A DNA stretch of 62,258 nt, filler included, from Choristocarpus tenellus KU-1152 (taxonomy: Eukaryota > Protista > Phaeophyceae): the NCBI GenBank assembly GCA_964200185.2. It is 11 parts of 11 records of this genome, joined end to end, with 100 filler letters (N's around TTAATTAATTAA, not from the genome) between each part and the next. Parts side by side here need not be neighbours in the genome. Positions count along the whole stretch, not along the records: positions 29,678 to 38,073 come from CAXNAD020004762.1; positions 38,174 to 43,947 come from CAXNAD020009782.1; positions 44,048 to 48,179 come from CAXNAD020016058.1; positions 48,280 to 51,315 come from CAXNAD020022781.1; 7 more parts are not named here. One strand, given 5' to 3'. The notes beneath the pieces were generated by a model, which searched no databases, was not told the DNA's origin, and saw nothing but the letters and a program-made list of their open reading frames with translations. Below are positions 36,539 through 50,250 of the stretch, piece after piece (the first letter of the stretch is position 1; the number at the start of each line of letters is the position of its first letter). Both the position numbers and the translations under genes were made by a program.

Positions 36539-39149
36539 TATTTTTCTTGCCGAGTTAGTTATTGTCTTGGTCGGAGTTTAAACTCGCTGGGGCCAGAAGC
36601 GATATAGCTGTAAGGCGAGTAGTAAGTGCTGACACCAAGTGATGTAGTGGCTGATTGGTGTTTAAGTTATGCCGATCCCATCTCCCCGGACGCTCCCAAA
36701 TCTTTTTTGTTGGACAACAGTTGCTGCCATTAGGGTTGACTCAACAGGTATCCGTTGAATGTTTCTGACATGATCTTGCATTGCACCCTTCAAACTCGCA
36801 AATCGGGCGAGGATCATGGGACTCGGGAAGAGTTGAATTAGCTGTTTTTGACAATTTATCAGGGACTGGGGCACGGTGTTTGGCTTTCAATTGCCGGATT
36901 TCTAGGTTTGCCTGTTTTTTAGTACTGCAGCTAGTCTTTTCGCGACATTCATCTATGGCCCCATGTCCGTGAATCTCAAGTCAGTCATATGTAAATTATC
37001 CAAATTATCAACTGATATACTCAATGTTACTACATGGGCGAACGGTCCCCGATCTAAACCCGACATGGCTGACACTTGACCTACAGCATCATCGACTACC
37101 ATTGCAAAGTTCTCGTATCACTAATTGATCGCAAAACACCGACATTAAATGAACAGTACCGAAGTCGGTCAGTGAGTAGGGCAATAAGGTCAGCTAGGGC
37201 AAGTTCATCTGGGTCAAGGTCAGACCTATCTTGAGGGTTAACTCTCAACTCACGCCAAAAGCATCAATGGACCCAGCTACCCTCCTTGCAAACGCCCTGA
37301 CATCCTCTTTTGGCTCCTGCGTATGTCAATCATGTTGTGGTAGATTGTAAGGGATTAGGCACCAAGAATCCCTTAAGTCTAGCAGAAACAATATCTTCCC
37401 ACGACGAAACATTCAGGGTTTCAAAAAAAAGATTGAACGCTTGCCTGGTCTGGGCTAGTCCCTCTAGGGATCTGATGTTGAAAGAGTTGCGTACACATGT
37501 GTCCTAAGATCTGATCATATGTTGGTATGCGGGTTGCATCAACAGATTGGAGGTTTACCATAGCAATGGCGCTGACACTATTCTTAAGAATAGTGAACAA
37601 TTTTCCAAATTGGACTCTTGGGGGCAACCTTGTTCTTGTACATCCCAAACGCATCAGGGGCAAGTCTTTGTTGGATGGGTATTTGATAATGAGGTGACTT
37701 GAGTGGGGTGCATCAGAAGTAGAAAAAATATTGGTCTACAGGTTTTTCGTACTCATCTTCATGTTCAACGTTTGTATAGCCGCCGCCACTAAACCTTGGT
37801 CATGATGAGTCCCACCCATTGCCTCATCAACAACTTTCTTGGTATAGACAAGCTGTCGATCAATTTGTGTTTGGATATCCAATTTCGCTGTCGTACTGCC
37901 TCCACCCCTCTCCTCCTGGTCTTCCGCTAGCACGCTAAACCAGTTCAGGCCCGGGTTATAGGCAGGGCCTTTGTTACAGCACGCTCCAGAAGCTTACCTC
38001 CACAGGATATATAGCTCCAATCTACAGACCTATAGATGATACTGATGCACGTATAGGACTCCTGATGCACAAGNNNNNNNNNNNNNNNNNNNNNNNNNNN
38101 NNNNNNNNNNNNNNNNNTTAATTAATTAANNNNNNNNNNNNNNNNNNNNNNNNNNNNNNNNNNNNNNNNNNNNCGCTCTTACTGCAGCCCCCCCCCCCCC
38201 CTTCCAGTTACTTTGGGTCTGTACAAGTTCCATTAGTCACCCCGTGCAATATGGCTGTCATACTCCTTCAGATGACGGAACAAAGTGATTCCGGAAATCC
38301 GAAAGTCCTCTGTGATGGCCGCCACCATCCCCTCAGTCGTCCGAGTCTCGCGCCCCTTCTGGTTTACAGGCATCATGCCACCATGCTGTTCTTCGTCGGG
38401 GTGTTTGAGTCGGGACCCCTGACAGACTTCTGGACCGAAGAATTGGAACTGATGGGGGATGATATGATGAGCGAGCTGCGCAGACGATGGGGAGGCTTTG
38501 TCCTAGGCATCCCAATAAACACCCGCTTTGAAAAGTTTGGAGAGGTTTTTTGAACCTCGTCAAATGTGCCTCGGTCAACTTTGCACTGGTGATCCTCCAC
38601 AGTCATGACAGCCAACCATCTCAAAATTTGCATGTCTCCCAATCTATCTAAGAGCTAAGCCTCGTCCAGAGGAGTTTTCAAGTGGGTTGCTTCTGGGCGA
38701 GAACGGAGCTTACAAAAGTCATGTTACATTTCATTCCGAACGAAGGAAGTAATAGCATTCAGAAATAGATTAACCTAGGAAGGGTGTTCGAATCCATCAC
38801 TGTCATCAAGTGTGACGACTGGCTACAAACGAAGTGCTCGACTGCTAGCACATACTGGGGTGATGATTTTTTCATCACAATGTAGTATTTCTCGACCGAG
38901 CTCGTAGGTGAGACAGTCCAACAGAACTTCCTTCGACCGTACCATGCATCACTCGGGACCATAGTGGTGGCAGTAAGTCCGTAATAAATAAAAAGCAGAA
39001 AGAGATAGGGGTAGATCACATAGAAGCAGGCTCGTCATCTCCAAAGAATCATAATGAGTCAAACCGATTGAGAGATGGGGAGGATTGAAACCTTTTTGCG
39101 ATCTAAGTAATCTTGATTACCCTCTGCAATACACTCTATTTCATTACTT

Positions 39150-39310
39150 TTATGTACACAACAGTGTGCGCAAGATTGACAGTCCCCCTTTCCACACACA
39201 AAGTGACACCACAATTTGTTAAAGGCTCTTCCTGCAATTGCACTCAATGACATCTTTTTTTACCTTTCTCAGGATCCTTATAATGCAACCCTGCCTATCT
39301 CTCTGTTGGA
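39150..39310 (-). repeat. Unclassified dispersed repeat (copies also at about 44075-44190 and 51060-51200, + strand)
   Basis: The reverse complement AGGCAGGGTTGCATT.TAAGGAT.C.GAGAAA...GATGTCATT...ATTGCAG matches 51070-51135; 44085-44180 shares GTCATTT.GTAC.AT.GC and CAATTTTGTA.ACACTATT. Confidence 0.6.
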
Positions 39311-40724
39311 TTGACTCAAAAGCAGATACTAACACAAAATTTGAGATTAATATAGTGTATTATAATGTAAGAGTGAGGGGATATTGAAGTTGAAGGGCAC
39401 CCGTTCAAATTGGTATTATTACGGTTTAAAATCAGATGCTGATCTTGAATTTTATATATAGACAAAGGAACGTACCCGACCTGAAAATAACTGTATTGTG
39501 AAGCAATTGGTTGGGTTCAGGGGTGTACAGGGTTGAATGTTGAAGTTGTGGTTTGATGTTTCGATCGAGTGAAGGAATGTTGCATTGCTGAAGTAACACT
39601 GTTGTCTTCATTCTTGCATGTGAAGCTGATATGGGGTCATTAAATTTTACAAATTTCAGCAATGAATTCTACAGTGTACAGGTTCAATTGCATTAAGTAG
39701 GAAACGATATCCCAGAAGTCGGGCACTTGGTATACATGAATCACTTGTTCACCTGATGTGCAAACAGGGGAAACCTCCATCTCTAGTTAAGCTGTTACCA
39801 AGGAAATGGTAGGATGCAAACACGAAGCAAACACACTGTTCTTATAACCCCCAAAACAATCATCACCGTTGAATGATGGCTTGATCAGGGTCAGAGGAAG
39901 TGCTGAGATTGGAGGTTAATAATCAGCGATAATGCTGATATCACCACAAAGATTATTATTTGCTCGTTGTGTTCACTTTTGTCTAGGAACTATCATGAAT
40001 TGTGGTCAGAGCCACTATACGCTGCACCACTTCTGACACGAACCACTATCGTAGTTCATTGTTGCCCTACAACGTATTGTATTGTCACCGTTCATGCCTT
40101 GACACTCACCCCATTGGGCTAACAGAAAAAACACGGTAATCAGTCTGCCTACCTGCTGATGTTGCCATCTAGTTCCTACGTTTTTTTGTTATAGTGAAGA
40201 CAGGATAGTGAAACTCGAGTGTGCAATTCCGTTCTGTTTGTGGAATTGGATAATGGTTGGAAACTATATTTCCTCAAAACCAAGTCTGGCACGAATGGGA
40301 CTCAAATCTGCGATATTCATGCAAAGGATAATCTCACTGAGTCATGAGGCGGCCCTTAAAAGAAGTCTGGCATCGACACGATCTGTACCCACAAACTACT
40401 TGCAGAGAACCTAAGACACTAAGGCACGGAGAGATCCTCACCAATCCGAAGTATACTAGTGGGGGGTGGATTTTGGCCATCTTGTTCTTAAGGGCGTTTG
40501 TAAAGTATTGTGCTTGGTACTTCATTTACATGACCCAAATGGAACTAGCCCTTGTATGGAGTCTGTGGACGTAGGAGGTGTGTCTAGAACAAGGAAAACC
40601 TCTTTACCCTAATACACGATTCTCCACACATAACATAATATTCACAAGGCAGTCACAGAGGCCCCTCATAAATAACGCCACCCCTCTCTAGGATACTTTG
40701 GCACGCCATGAGAGCTGACGGATA

Positions 40725-40900
40725 TAGGGGTCCCTGATGGAGTATGAAAAAGATTGATACGGCCAAGCAGTTGGTGTATCATTTGAGCTGACGTTTGGGA
40801 TGCTTCAAAAGAACTGATGATCGAGGTTCTGCTGTATGGCTGGATGCTATGGACACTCAGTACAGACCACTACATTCAACTTCGACATGTACGCAGTTCT
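40725..40900 (+). mobile_element. RTE-like LINE reverse-transcriptase C-terminal remnant
   Basis: MIEVLLYGWMLWTLSTDHYIQLRH resembles the RTE motif V.E.LLYGC.TW.L....y..LR. Confidence 0.5.
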
Positions 40901-41769
40901 CATCGTAGAGTAGTACAATATGTTGTGGACACGGTCCTGAGATTCCAGAAAAAAGTTAGACTGCCCAATTGCAATTGTTCAGACATGTAAGAGAAGAGTT
41001 GGACTGGCCAGTACAATTACCTAGTGGACATGATCCAGACATGTTAGAGAATGCTATACACGGTCCAGCTGGCGGACATGGACAGACACAATACACAATG
41101 GACATGGTTCAAATATTTAAGAGAAATTTTGACCCCATCCGACCTGCAGACATGGACCGGTTCAACACCTAGTGGACATGGACCAGGATATGTAAAATAA
41201 ATGTTGGACCGGTCCAGCCAGCACACGGGACCATTTTTTTTTGCTAGATCAGTGAAAAATCCTGAAAATAACAGTCCGGTGAATCGCAATGGTTTAACTA
41301 GCTCGACTTGTTTTAGATAATATTAGGGGGATGGTCCATCAAGGAGTATCTGCTGATTTGAAGGGGGAAGAAAAAAAAGGTTAGGCTAGGTTGAGGTATG
41401 GCAATAACAAACGCGTAGTTAACAATTAAGGTGGTAGATGATGTATTTCAAGGTAGGGAATTGGTTCTCCCCAAAGTGAAACACACAGGAACCATGATGA
41501 AGGTGGTCAGCAGTAGGTGTTGTTCAGGAACTCTCCAAGGTGAAAATAAATATTGACCTCACGTGCCAGAAAGATAGTTTAGACTAGTTGGTGAGAATAA
41601 CTCGTAACCATACATGCAAGAAAGCCTCTTGACCATGATGCTATTGGAGCCACCAAGTTGGCTACACAGCAGTTGGCAAGTTTGTTGCTGTGGCCTTTAG
41701 GATGCGCTTTGGTTGGAGGAGTAGCCCGGGGTAGTGGAATCTGATGGTAAGTATACTAGAATAACTCAC

Positions 41770-42400
41770 ACTGAAAGATACCTCTATCATCCACAAATGT
41801 TCTACTTAACGTTGGTGAAATTGCAGATGAAGGCTTTCCACGAAAGGAAAATGGGAGGGATGTTTTTTCTGTTAGATGATACTTGGTAGGTCCGAGAGGT
41901 AGAAGGGAGTGGAAGGAGGATCCGTTTACGCCAGGCTCTATGTGGATGACAAGAGTATAATCAAAACCAAGGGCTTGCAGATGAGGGAATACTCTGGTTG
42001 GCAACTTGCTCAATGGTATCAGAACATGTGCTTTGACGACCGTTGCAAAGAAAGATGTAAAGCCAAAGCTGTTTGCCGACCAGGTCAGCTTCGTGTGGTG
42101 CCACTAGGCAATAGTTCATAGCGATAACACCATAGTATACGTTTCCATAAAGCCCAACTCATTGGCGGTTATCTCTCCTATCCATTTGTTGTTGAAGATG
42201 TTGTGTAGTCCAGAACCATACGGCAGGATAAGGCTTGCTTCTCAATTGAATGTTGGCGTCTTCCCCGTGGTGTGTCGCCCACGATGGATTGAGCCACAAG
42301 AAAGAAAGTTTGAATCCACCCTACAGGATGGGGACTGGCTGCAGAGGGTTTGCAGGAGCTATGGAGGGATGAGCAGAAGAGAGGGAATACAGATCGTCCG
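41770..42400 (-). mobile_element. Possible highly decayed LINE RT remnant
   Basis: Fragments LHNIFNNKWIGEI and PTLSRTFVDD (YxDD-like) occur in the expected order, with many stops. Confidence 0.3.
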
Positions 42401-42804
42401 TTTCTGCCGGTGGAGGAGATTTGGTGTTGGAGATGGGCAGATCGTTTTTGTGCAGTGTTTGGCGTTACTACTTGAAATTCTCTAGTTACTAAAGTATCTG
42501 CTTGTGTCTACCAATCATTGTCTGTCAACTGCCCCCCCTCTACCTGCCTTCCTGTTCCCCGAAACGTGTAAGAAGGGAACGAGAGTCTGATATCTGAGGA
42601 AGTGGAGCAAGCAGCAGCAACTGGTGTTGGTGATGCGTACCCCTACACCAGATTACTCTAGTGTGACTGATGGAGGAAGGTGTCCAGTCACTGAGGGCCT
42701 GTGTAGATGGTCACCTTTCTCATCTTTGTGCCAATGAGCAATGACCCTACCCCAAACTTCAACTGAGTATCCTGTGACCCACCTCCGAAGAAGGGGAACG
42801 AGAG

Positions 42805-43148
42805 GAGTCAAAGTATCTTTGAGGGTAGAGTCGCGTCCTTTTGGGGTCCAAAATCCAATGTTGATATTTTGATGTGATTTTGGCTATCGTGTTTGTTAGG
42901 AAGTGTCGATATCCTTGTTCCAAACACAAGTTTTCATAACGTAAAAATTGTACCTACTCCAAACCATTTCGGATTAGGTAAAATGCCAATGCAAACCCGT
43001 GGGAAGCCAAGCCCCAAAATGGACAAACAGGGCAAACCCTTACCCTATAAGATACTTTAATTCAAAATGTCATTAAAGACCTGTGGGAAGCCAAGCCCCA
43101 AATGGACAAAAAGGGACAAACTCATACCCTCTAAGATACTTTCAGCGA
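42805..43148 (+). mobile_element. MITE family B copy (42805-43063) with a tandemly duplicated right end (to about 43148)
   Basis: GAGTCAAAGTATCTTTGAGGGTAG...TACCCTATAAGATACTTT, followed by a second GGGAAGCCAAGCCCCAAATGGAC...CTCTAAGATACTTTC. Confidence 0.88.
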
Positions 43149-43483
43149 AGGTTCGCTTAAAAGTTCAGAAAATAGGTGGGGTCTACTATCTATCTTCTTT
43201 ATGCGAGAAGAACTGGAGCCTTAAGGTGGTACCAGTAGCTTCGCCCTCTATGGCTTTTCTGCTTGTTTTCACCGTGTGCCCCCAACAGATATGCAAAAAT
43301 ATATATATCAAATGTAAGAGTATGACAAGAGTTTTTGAAGGTTTGTATATCCACGAATGTCCAGGCTTCGGGGAACGGGAGTTATGTCTCGATGAAATAA
43401 TGGAAAAAATGCGGGGGAATATCTCCGGGGCAATTTTGATGGTCACAACTTCAAAAAGGGTTGAAATGAAGTGGTTGGTGGAA

Positions 43484-43739
43484 GAGCTAAAGTACCTTAG
43501 AGGGTAGAGCCGCGTCCATTTGGGGGCCAAAATCCAGTGTTGCGATTTCGATGTAATTTTGGCTATCATGTTAGTTAGGAAGTGTCAATATCCTTGTTCT
43601 GGACACATTTTCATAACATAAACATTTTACCTACTCCAAATATTTTGGAGTTAGGAAAATGTCATTAAAAAAAAATGGGAAGCCAAGCCCCAAATGGACA
43701 AACAGGGCAAAACTCATGCCCTCTAAGATACTTTCACTC
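43484..43739 (+). mobile_element. MITE family B, complete copy
   Basis: GAGCTAAAGTACCTTAGAGGG ... CCCTCTAAGATACTTTCACTC, flanked by GGAA/GGAA. Confidence 0.92.
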
Positions 43740-44284
43740 GGAACTCCTTGCAGAAAACTGGTCCGGGGTAGGTCGCTGGGCAAGTTTGGCCGGTGGGGCT
43801 GTACCGAAAGAGAAAAGCAAACAAAAATCCCAAGATTTCCGAACATTTTTTTATCAGGACATCTTTTTAACGCCTTTTGCAGACTTTCTGGCTCAAAGTA
43901 TCTGGGGGGGGGGGGGGGGCGGTTGTCCATTTTGGGACCCTTTTTCCNNNNNNNNNNNNNNNNNNNNNNNNNNNNNNNNNNNNNNNNNNNNTTAATTAAT
44001 TAANNNNNNNNNNNNNNNNNNNNNNNNNNNNNNNNNNNNNNNNNNNNCCCCCACCCTCCCAGATACTTTGAGTCAGAAATGGCAGAAAGAGGTCATTTTG
44101 TACAATCGCTGAAAGGGGCTTTGTGAATTGGGTTGCCACCGTATCCTGGAAAGGAGGAATGCCAATTTTGTATACACTATTGTGGACATATAGCGATGTA
44201 GTAGAGTGTATTGCACAGGGTAAGAAATATGATCTAGAATGCAAAAGGACCCAAGTTTGATCACCCTCTCAGTTACTTTGGCTC

Positions 44285-44731
44285 ATCAGTGTGGTCCTTA
44301 GTTTTCTTGTAGAGAACGGCGATCGCATCTTTCCAGAGCTTCCTGGTTTCACATAGCTAATACAATATCATGGAAACCCTAGAGGATAGCAAAGTCTTCC
44401 TGTCTAGACCAGCTAAAAAAAGCTTGGATGGAAGACTGTTGGGACACATAGTCTTCACTTTTCCTATTGACGTGAGTGCTTCAGCCACCTCGGTCATTCT
44501 AGGCGCAGTAGTGAGGGCCATGGATGGATGTGGATCGTTGACCGAGGACTTCAACACTGTGAAGTATCTCCTTCATCGTTCCATGATGGATGCCTGGTCC
44601 CTCAGAGTAGGTGTCCACTCACATTCGTCACGAATGTACTGAGAAGCACTCTGTTTGGTTCTCTTGACATTGATCCCTTCCAGTCTTGGTAGAAACCTAG
44701 TTTTGTCCCCACCATTAATTTGGTTTTCCAT
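44285..44731 (-). mobile_element. RTE-like LINE ORF2 fragment (linker and start of RT)
   Basis: QYIRDE...LRDQASIMER*RRYF..LK...EVAEALTSIGKVKTMCPNSLPSKLFLAGL...WKDAIAVLYKKTKD matches the non-LTR pattern EV..A......KA.GPD.lP.El...WkdA.i..l.KK.D. Confidence 0.75.
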
Positions 44732-45009
44732 CTTTGACTATTATATACCCCACACTACTATTGTGTACCTTTGTAACATGGTTGACGTTTGTGTAATTTT
44801 AAACGAAGTGTATAATATATAGAATGCCTCCTTAACCATTTTTCAAAAAACATGTTTTAGACAACTGCATGTCTCTCCTGGGGTTGATCCTTACAGCTTC
44901 CTATTTGCTGGAATAGGGGAAGGGGGTAGTGGTAGCGTGACTCCTTCTTGAATTTATTTTACTTGGTGGAAGTAGACCTCAATTTTGATTCCTAGTCTTT
45001 GTGGGAGCG

Positions 45010-48000
45010 ATGAAGTACACACGCGTAATGTGGAGTTTAGTTGTCATGATACTATTGGATGCGCAGAGCTTTTTGTGGGGCTTGGCACCCGTAAGGTCGG
45101 TAAGGGGGACACCAAGGCTGCTGCGAGGTACGACAGACAGTCGGAAGCTATGTGTGAATCCAAGATTGCCGTTGAATTCGTTTCCCGCAGCACCACACCA
45201 GCCCTTATGTCCTGCGCTGTCAGGATTTCATGGTTCTGGCGCTGGGGGAGAGGATGCCAAGGCTTTCACGAGGGTCAGTCTTGCGCGGGTATCGACCAAA
45301 TTCTTCGATGGACGAGAAATCCCAGAGGATGTGCTACGCAAGGTGTGTTTGAATTGATCTCTCTGGAGATCGTTTTGATGCTTAGTGCATAAACTTTACA
45401 GGTTGCTTGCCATCGCTACTACCTGGCATTTACCCTGCGGAAGGACTTAATTTCTCGTGGAAGCAGCCAACCATAACGAGGAGTGAGAGATACAAAATAT
45501 TAGGTGCATTTTTTATGTGCCAGCTTGATTGTTCGGGATGGACGTAGTCACTACTCATAAATCCAATCCAATGACCTACCTAGTTGTGGCACCGAATCCC
45601 TGCCTCAACGGTATCAACGGTCAGGTGTTGGCCTTAGTTTCCCGAGCACCCTCTTCGTTCAACAGTCAGCCTTACATGTGTATCGTGGTCACATCGGAAG
45701 ATGCGAAACATAACTTTAGCAGGGCAATGCTTGGACCCAACCGAAAGAGGTGAACAAGTTGTTCTCATCACAGTTTCTGAGTGTACTCCTACTGCTGCAC
45801 TTCACCACTACGTTGCAGAGTATTTGAATTACTATGTCTCTGGTGTATAGTGGCTTTATCTTGAACTTAAGAAACACACACACATACTGTTCCTTAGCAT
45901 TCCTTGACGAGATTTGGACTCAAGATTGTGATTGACTAGTTTGCTCCAGCTCTTTTTAAGAGGCGATCAGTTGTCACAAGTTTATAAGCCTATCTGTTAC
46001 AGGGTTCTGGAGGCAGGAGCAACTGTTGTATTTGCCGCAGATCTCAATAGTTTCAAGAACATGGGTAAACTGAGGTGAGATGGAGAGGTTGTGGCTTACC
46101 ACAATCAAAGGCATGCAAACAACCCTCTTTTCAGTATGCTCCATTATTTAACCTTACCCACGAGCATCAATGTTCCCTCAGCTGATAAAACTATCCACAT
46201 ACCATTCAGTAATGGTGCAAAAGCTGTCCCCACTGAATTGCCACTCCTTGGTGATCAAAGGTTGGTGGAACTACGAGCTGATAATGTGCATGTTATGAAG
46301 GTCAAATCCCACCAACTCTCGTTTTTTTTCTTGTGTTTGACACTCAGGCATGGGTCATTTCTCACTGCTCCCAACCAGTATTTGATTGATTCCTTCAAAA
46401 TGGGCAATTTCTGTCCTTTCAGGAGGATTTTTCGAGAGGATGCTGTCTGATGACCTCTTATTACCTCCAGTGTATTATAGGACAGTAGTGAGTATGTACT
46501 ATTGCCCTTTCTTCATACATGATTTTGGCTGTGGGTAACATTTCATTCCAGAGTAGGATTCCTGACACCAGATCAATACTTTTTTGCACCCATATTTCCC
46601 GACCTGAAACCTTTTCTTGTCTCAAACTGGCTGACATATGCCATTAACATCCACAGAGTTTGCTCAAGGAAGCACTCTTTTGACATTTCCTTGTGGTATC
46701 CCTTTCATGTTTATTTAATGACCAGGCAACTGCTGGAAGAGGAGGGCAAGTCCAAGTCTTACATTAGAACGTGAGATTTTGGGAGCTTATTGTAATGACT
46801 CTTGAAATTTAAAACTTGTACCTACAAAAGTGGATAATTTTCTGTGGGTAATGAAAAAGCAAAGTACAGATACAAATATCTCATTCCATACTATTGCTTC
46901 AATACTTGGGTAGTATACCTGATTGAAACTGTGACAAATACATAGGTTAACCTCCCCTTCTTATGCATGCAGTAGGAATGGAGTGAGAGGATGAGGTAAG
47001 TTGAAATTTGTGATGGGCAGTATGAGATAGCAGTGAATCATAGGGTGTATTTCGAAGGTACCATGTATGTTTTGAAATGATTGGTTGGAGTGACACTTTT
47101 ATTGTGTAAAATGTTTCATTCAATTGATTGAAAATGATTTAAGTGGTGGGGTCAGTTGTGCGTTTGCAATTGAAGCAATATTGCCAGGTGAGCTTTATGT
47201 TATATAGTTGTAGATGAAGGCACATGTTGAGTAAATGCTACAAGTCAGAATCCAGAAGTCCATCCCCAGACAGAGTAATGGTTCACCTGATGTGCAAATA
47301 GAGAAAACCTTGGGGCAGTTACCATGAAAATGGATGGGATGAAATTGTGAGCTAAGCACACTCTCATATTGGCCACAACCACTGCTGACACTGAGGAATG
47401 ATGATTTTTTTGGTCGGAACCACGAGAAATTAGATTTCCTGTGGACAAAAGTGAATAGGCTATACAGCTTAACCCTATTCTCTGAGCCCACAGTCATTGA
47501 AATCTATGTGCTGTGTGGGTATTATGTGCAAGGTGATATTTGCGAGACCTATAGGTAGTTTGTGTATGTGAACATGTAGTTTGTTTTTGATGTGATGAAT
47601 CAGGAGATAAGAATTAGCAGTGCCCCCCCTGTTCATCACTAGTGAAAGTGCATGTATTCACCAATGATGATGTTGAGTACAAATTTGATGTGGTGACATG
47701 CTTATGACATTTGACAAAAATATATCTCCCACTATTGTTTTTCATCGTAATGTTCAGACATGTTCAATGAAAGATAAAGAATGAAATTGTACCACTGCTC
47801 TCAAGTATAATACGTATACCTGAAAAATTGTTTATTAATCTGGGTCACGATCCACATGATGGACCCCAGGATGGCTCTCTACCTCTCAGTGTTCTCATCA
47901 GGTCACAATCGCTTTGTACGATTACCACTGGTACTGGTGAAAAAGTTGGTCTTTGGTGTGATTCGAAGATTGGGCAAAGGCATGCCTACAGTCTCAGGTG

Positions 48001-48041
48001 CAGAGACATGGGCATTCAAGAACACCATGCTTGCTGTACAG
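45010..48041 (+). CDS. Nitroreductase-family flavoprotein with signal and transit peptide, 5' partial, 5 exons
   Basis: Exons 45010-45342, 45625-45749, 46003-46074, 46726-46770 and 47870-48041, all GT-AG, phases 0,2,2,2. They encode ARVSTKFFDGREIPEDVLRK-VLALVSRAPSSFNSQPYMCIVV...VLEAGATVVFAAD...WAFKNTMLAVQ, with the R.S.r.F and APSs.N.QP nitroreductase motifs. Confidence 0.93.
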
Positions 48042-48502
48042 GTAATGCACTTGTTTTGTGGCTTGCTAGTCAACTTTGTCCATCCACCAAGTCAAGTCGG
48101 TAACTTTTGGATGGATGGGTAAGGGGGGGGGGGGGGGGGTGGGGGGGAGCGAAATGTACTACTATTCAACCCTTCTTTTNNNNNNNNNNNNNNNNNNNNN
48201 NNNNNNNNNNNNNNNNNNNNNNNTTAATTAATTAANNNNNNNNNNNNNNNNNNNNNNNNNNNNNNNNNNNNNNNNNNNNATCTACCCGGACAATATTTCC
48301 GTTGTCACCTGACAAAAACAGTTCTATCAACCCATTATCCAACAATACTTCAACAACTCAATGTTTCTCCCACAGAATCATATTTTACAAATGAATAAAA
48401 AGCCTATTCTTAACACAAGGGTTTTCCTTGGCGAGAGGTGTCAATGGGACGTGGGCTCTTGTCTGGATTGTGGAGGTCCCAGAGGGCATGAAAGATATCC
48501 AA

Positions 48503-48751
48503 GAGTGAAAGTATCTTAGAGGGTACGATTTTGGCCCTGTTTGTCCATTTGGGGCTTGGCTTCCCATTATTTTTTTCATGACATTTACATTTTACCTATT
48601 CCGAAATATGTGTACGTTATGAAAAGGTGTGCCCAGAACATGCATATTGACACTTCCTAACAAACACAATAGCCAAAATTATATCAAAATCGCAACATCG
48701 GATTTTGACCCCCAAATGGACACGGCTCTACCCTCTAAGATACGTTGGCTC
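48503..48751 (-). mobile_element. MITE family B, complete copy
   Basis: GAGTGAAAGTATCTTAGAGGGTA ... TACCCTCTAAGATACGTTGGCTC. Confidence 0.9.
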
Positions 48752-48769
48752 TATATATAGTGGGGAGAA

Positions 48770-50250
48770 GCTATCCATAGCTTCTTTGTCGGTTACCCAA
48801 TCTGCCATACATTTCATGACGACAATACTGTTTTTTTATCAGTGAGGGTGTACATAGGGGTTGCTAACACAGATTCTTCTGTTAGACCTAGGTCCGATTC
48901 CCTCACCAGTCGGGCATATTCGTCTTGGGAGCTATGTCTCAGATGAATGGGTCTTACGTGGAAAGGTTTCACATGAAAAGCATTAACATTATGTGTGCGT
49001 GTTTTCCTACTTAGCAATTCAACTGTCACGCTACTACTCTGACGTGAAATTTCCTTTTCAGTACACGGTCCCGTACATCTTTCATGGATTAGCTTGCTTC
49101 CCACCCTTGTTTCGCCTAGTTTTCCCCCATGGGTAGATTTGTCTGCTTCCTTTACTAAACCTAGGTCACCTGGTTTGGATCCTAGTCCTGGGGAAGACCT
49201 GACAATGAATGTGTTGGCTCTCTCTCTGTTCTTCTGCCTTGCAGATGTCCGTCTCTCCAGCACTTCTCGTACCTCCCTGAAGTTCTGTCTGCGTTGCTCA
49301 AGGAAGGAATCCAATCCTCCAACCTCTATATCCCCATCCAACTTGGGTATGAGGGTGTCTAGCTGTGTGCGAGGACCACGGCCAAACAAGACTCGGAAGG
49401 GAGTGGGGTTGAGGGGGTCGGATGGATCCGGAGTAGTGCGCTGTGCCCAACATGCCAGAGATACATACTCATCCCATCTATCCAGCCACTTCACACATAG
49501 TTCCGACTTGACTTCCAAAAGCAATCCTCCCATTTTTTGTACTCCCTCTCTTGTCCTCTTGAGTTGCTAGTGGGTCCAAAATTGATAGGGACTTCAGCCA
49601 ATGACAAAGGTGGTTCATTCTGTCTCCCGTCAACTCCCCTCCTGCATCACTACAAACTGACAGCAGGATCCCAAATGAAATACATAGTTCCAACACATTT
49701 CTTGCTACTCCAGCTGCCTCTTTCGACACCATTGGGAATGCAAAAGGGAATCTTGAAGCCCTATCAATCACAATTAATAGATGTTGCTTTTTGCCGAGAT
49801 GTGTCCCACATTTTGTAGATCCATCTCAAGTACATCCCCATGGTTCCAGGAACTTGGCTGGTAGCATCGCCACTAGTGCGGTCCTTGTCCTTTGTCGTCT
49901 GCGGCAGCCACAGGACTGAACATAATCCTGTTTGTCTTTGTGGAGTGAGGACCAAAAGAAGTATCGTCGGGTAAGGGCTACTGTGCATCCAACTCCCTGG
50001 TGGCTAGTCTGCAGAGATACTAGTGCTATGATGTCTGACACTAGTGAACGAGGAACTGCTAGCCTAGGTGAATACTCTCCAAGGATGTACCAGAGTAACT
50101 CTTTATCATCTAGGCAATATGACTCCACATCTATACTACCTTTCCTCCACTCGATTGACGAATTCCAGTGTTCTTGGTCTTCGAGGACACCCCGTATACT
50201 GCCCAAGAAGGGGCTGTCTTCTGCCACTCCACTAGCTCTGGCACCTCTGT
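48770..50250 (-). mobile_element. Ty3/Gypsy integrase region, frameshifted
   Basis: RLAVPRSLVSDIIAL...HQGVGCT...RRYFFWSSLHKDKQDYVQSCGC (HHCC zinc domain), IDRASRFPFAFP...SDAGGE (DDE core), TPFRVLFGRGPRT and a GPY-like CTGPC. Confidence 0.92.

Noticed and set aside
43889-44074. A single MITE spanning the spacer, implying the contigs are truly adjacent
   Set aside because: The flanks TCT/AGA are not a direct duplication, and many contigs end in these poly-G termini, so the juxtaposition can be coincidental.
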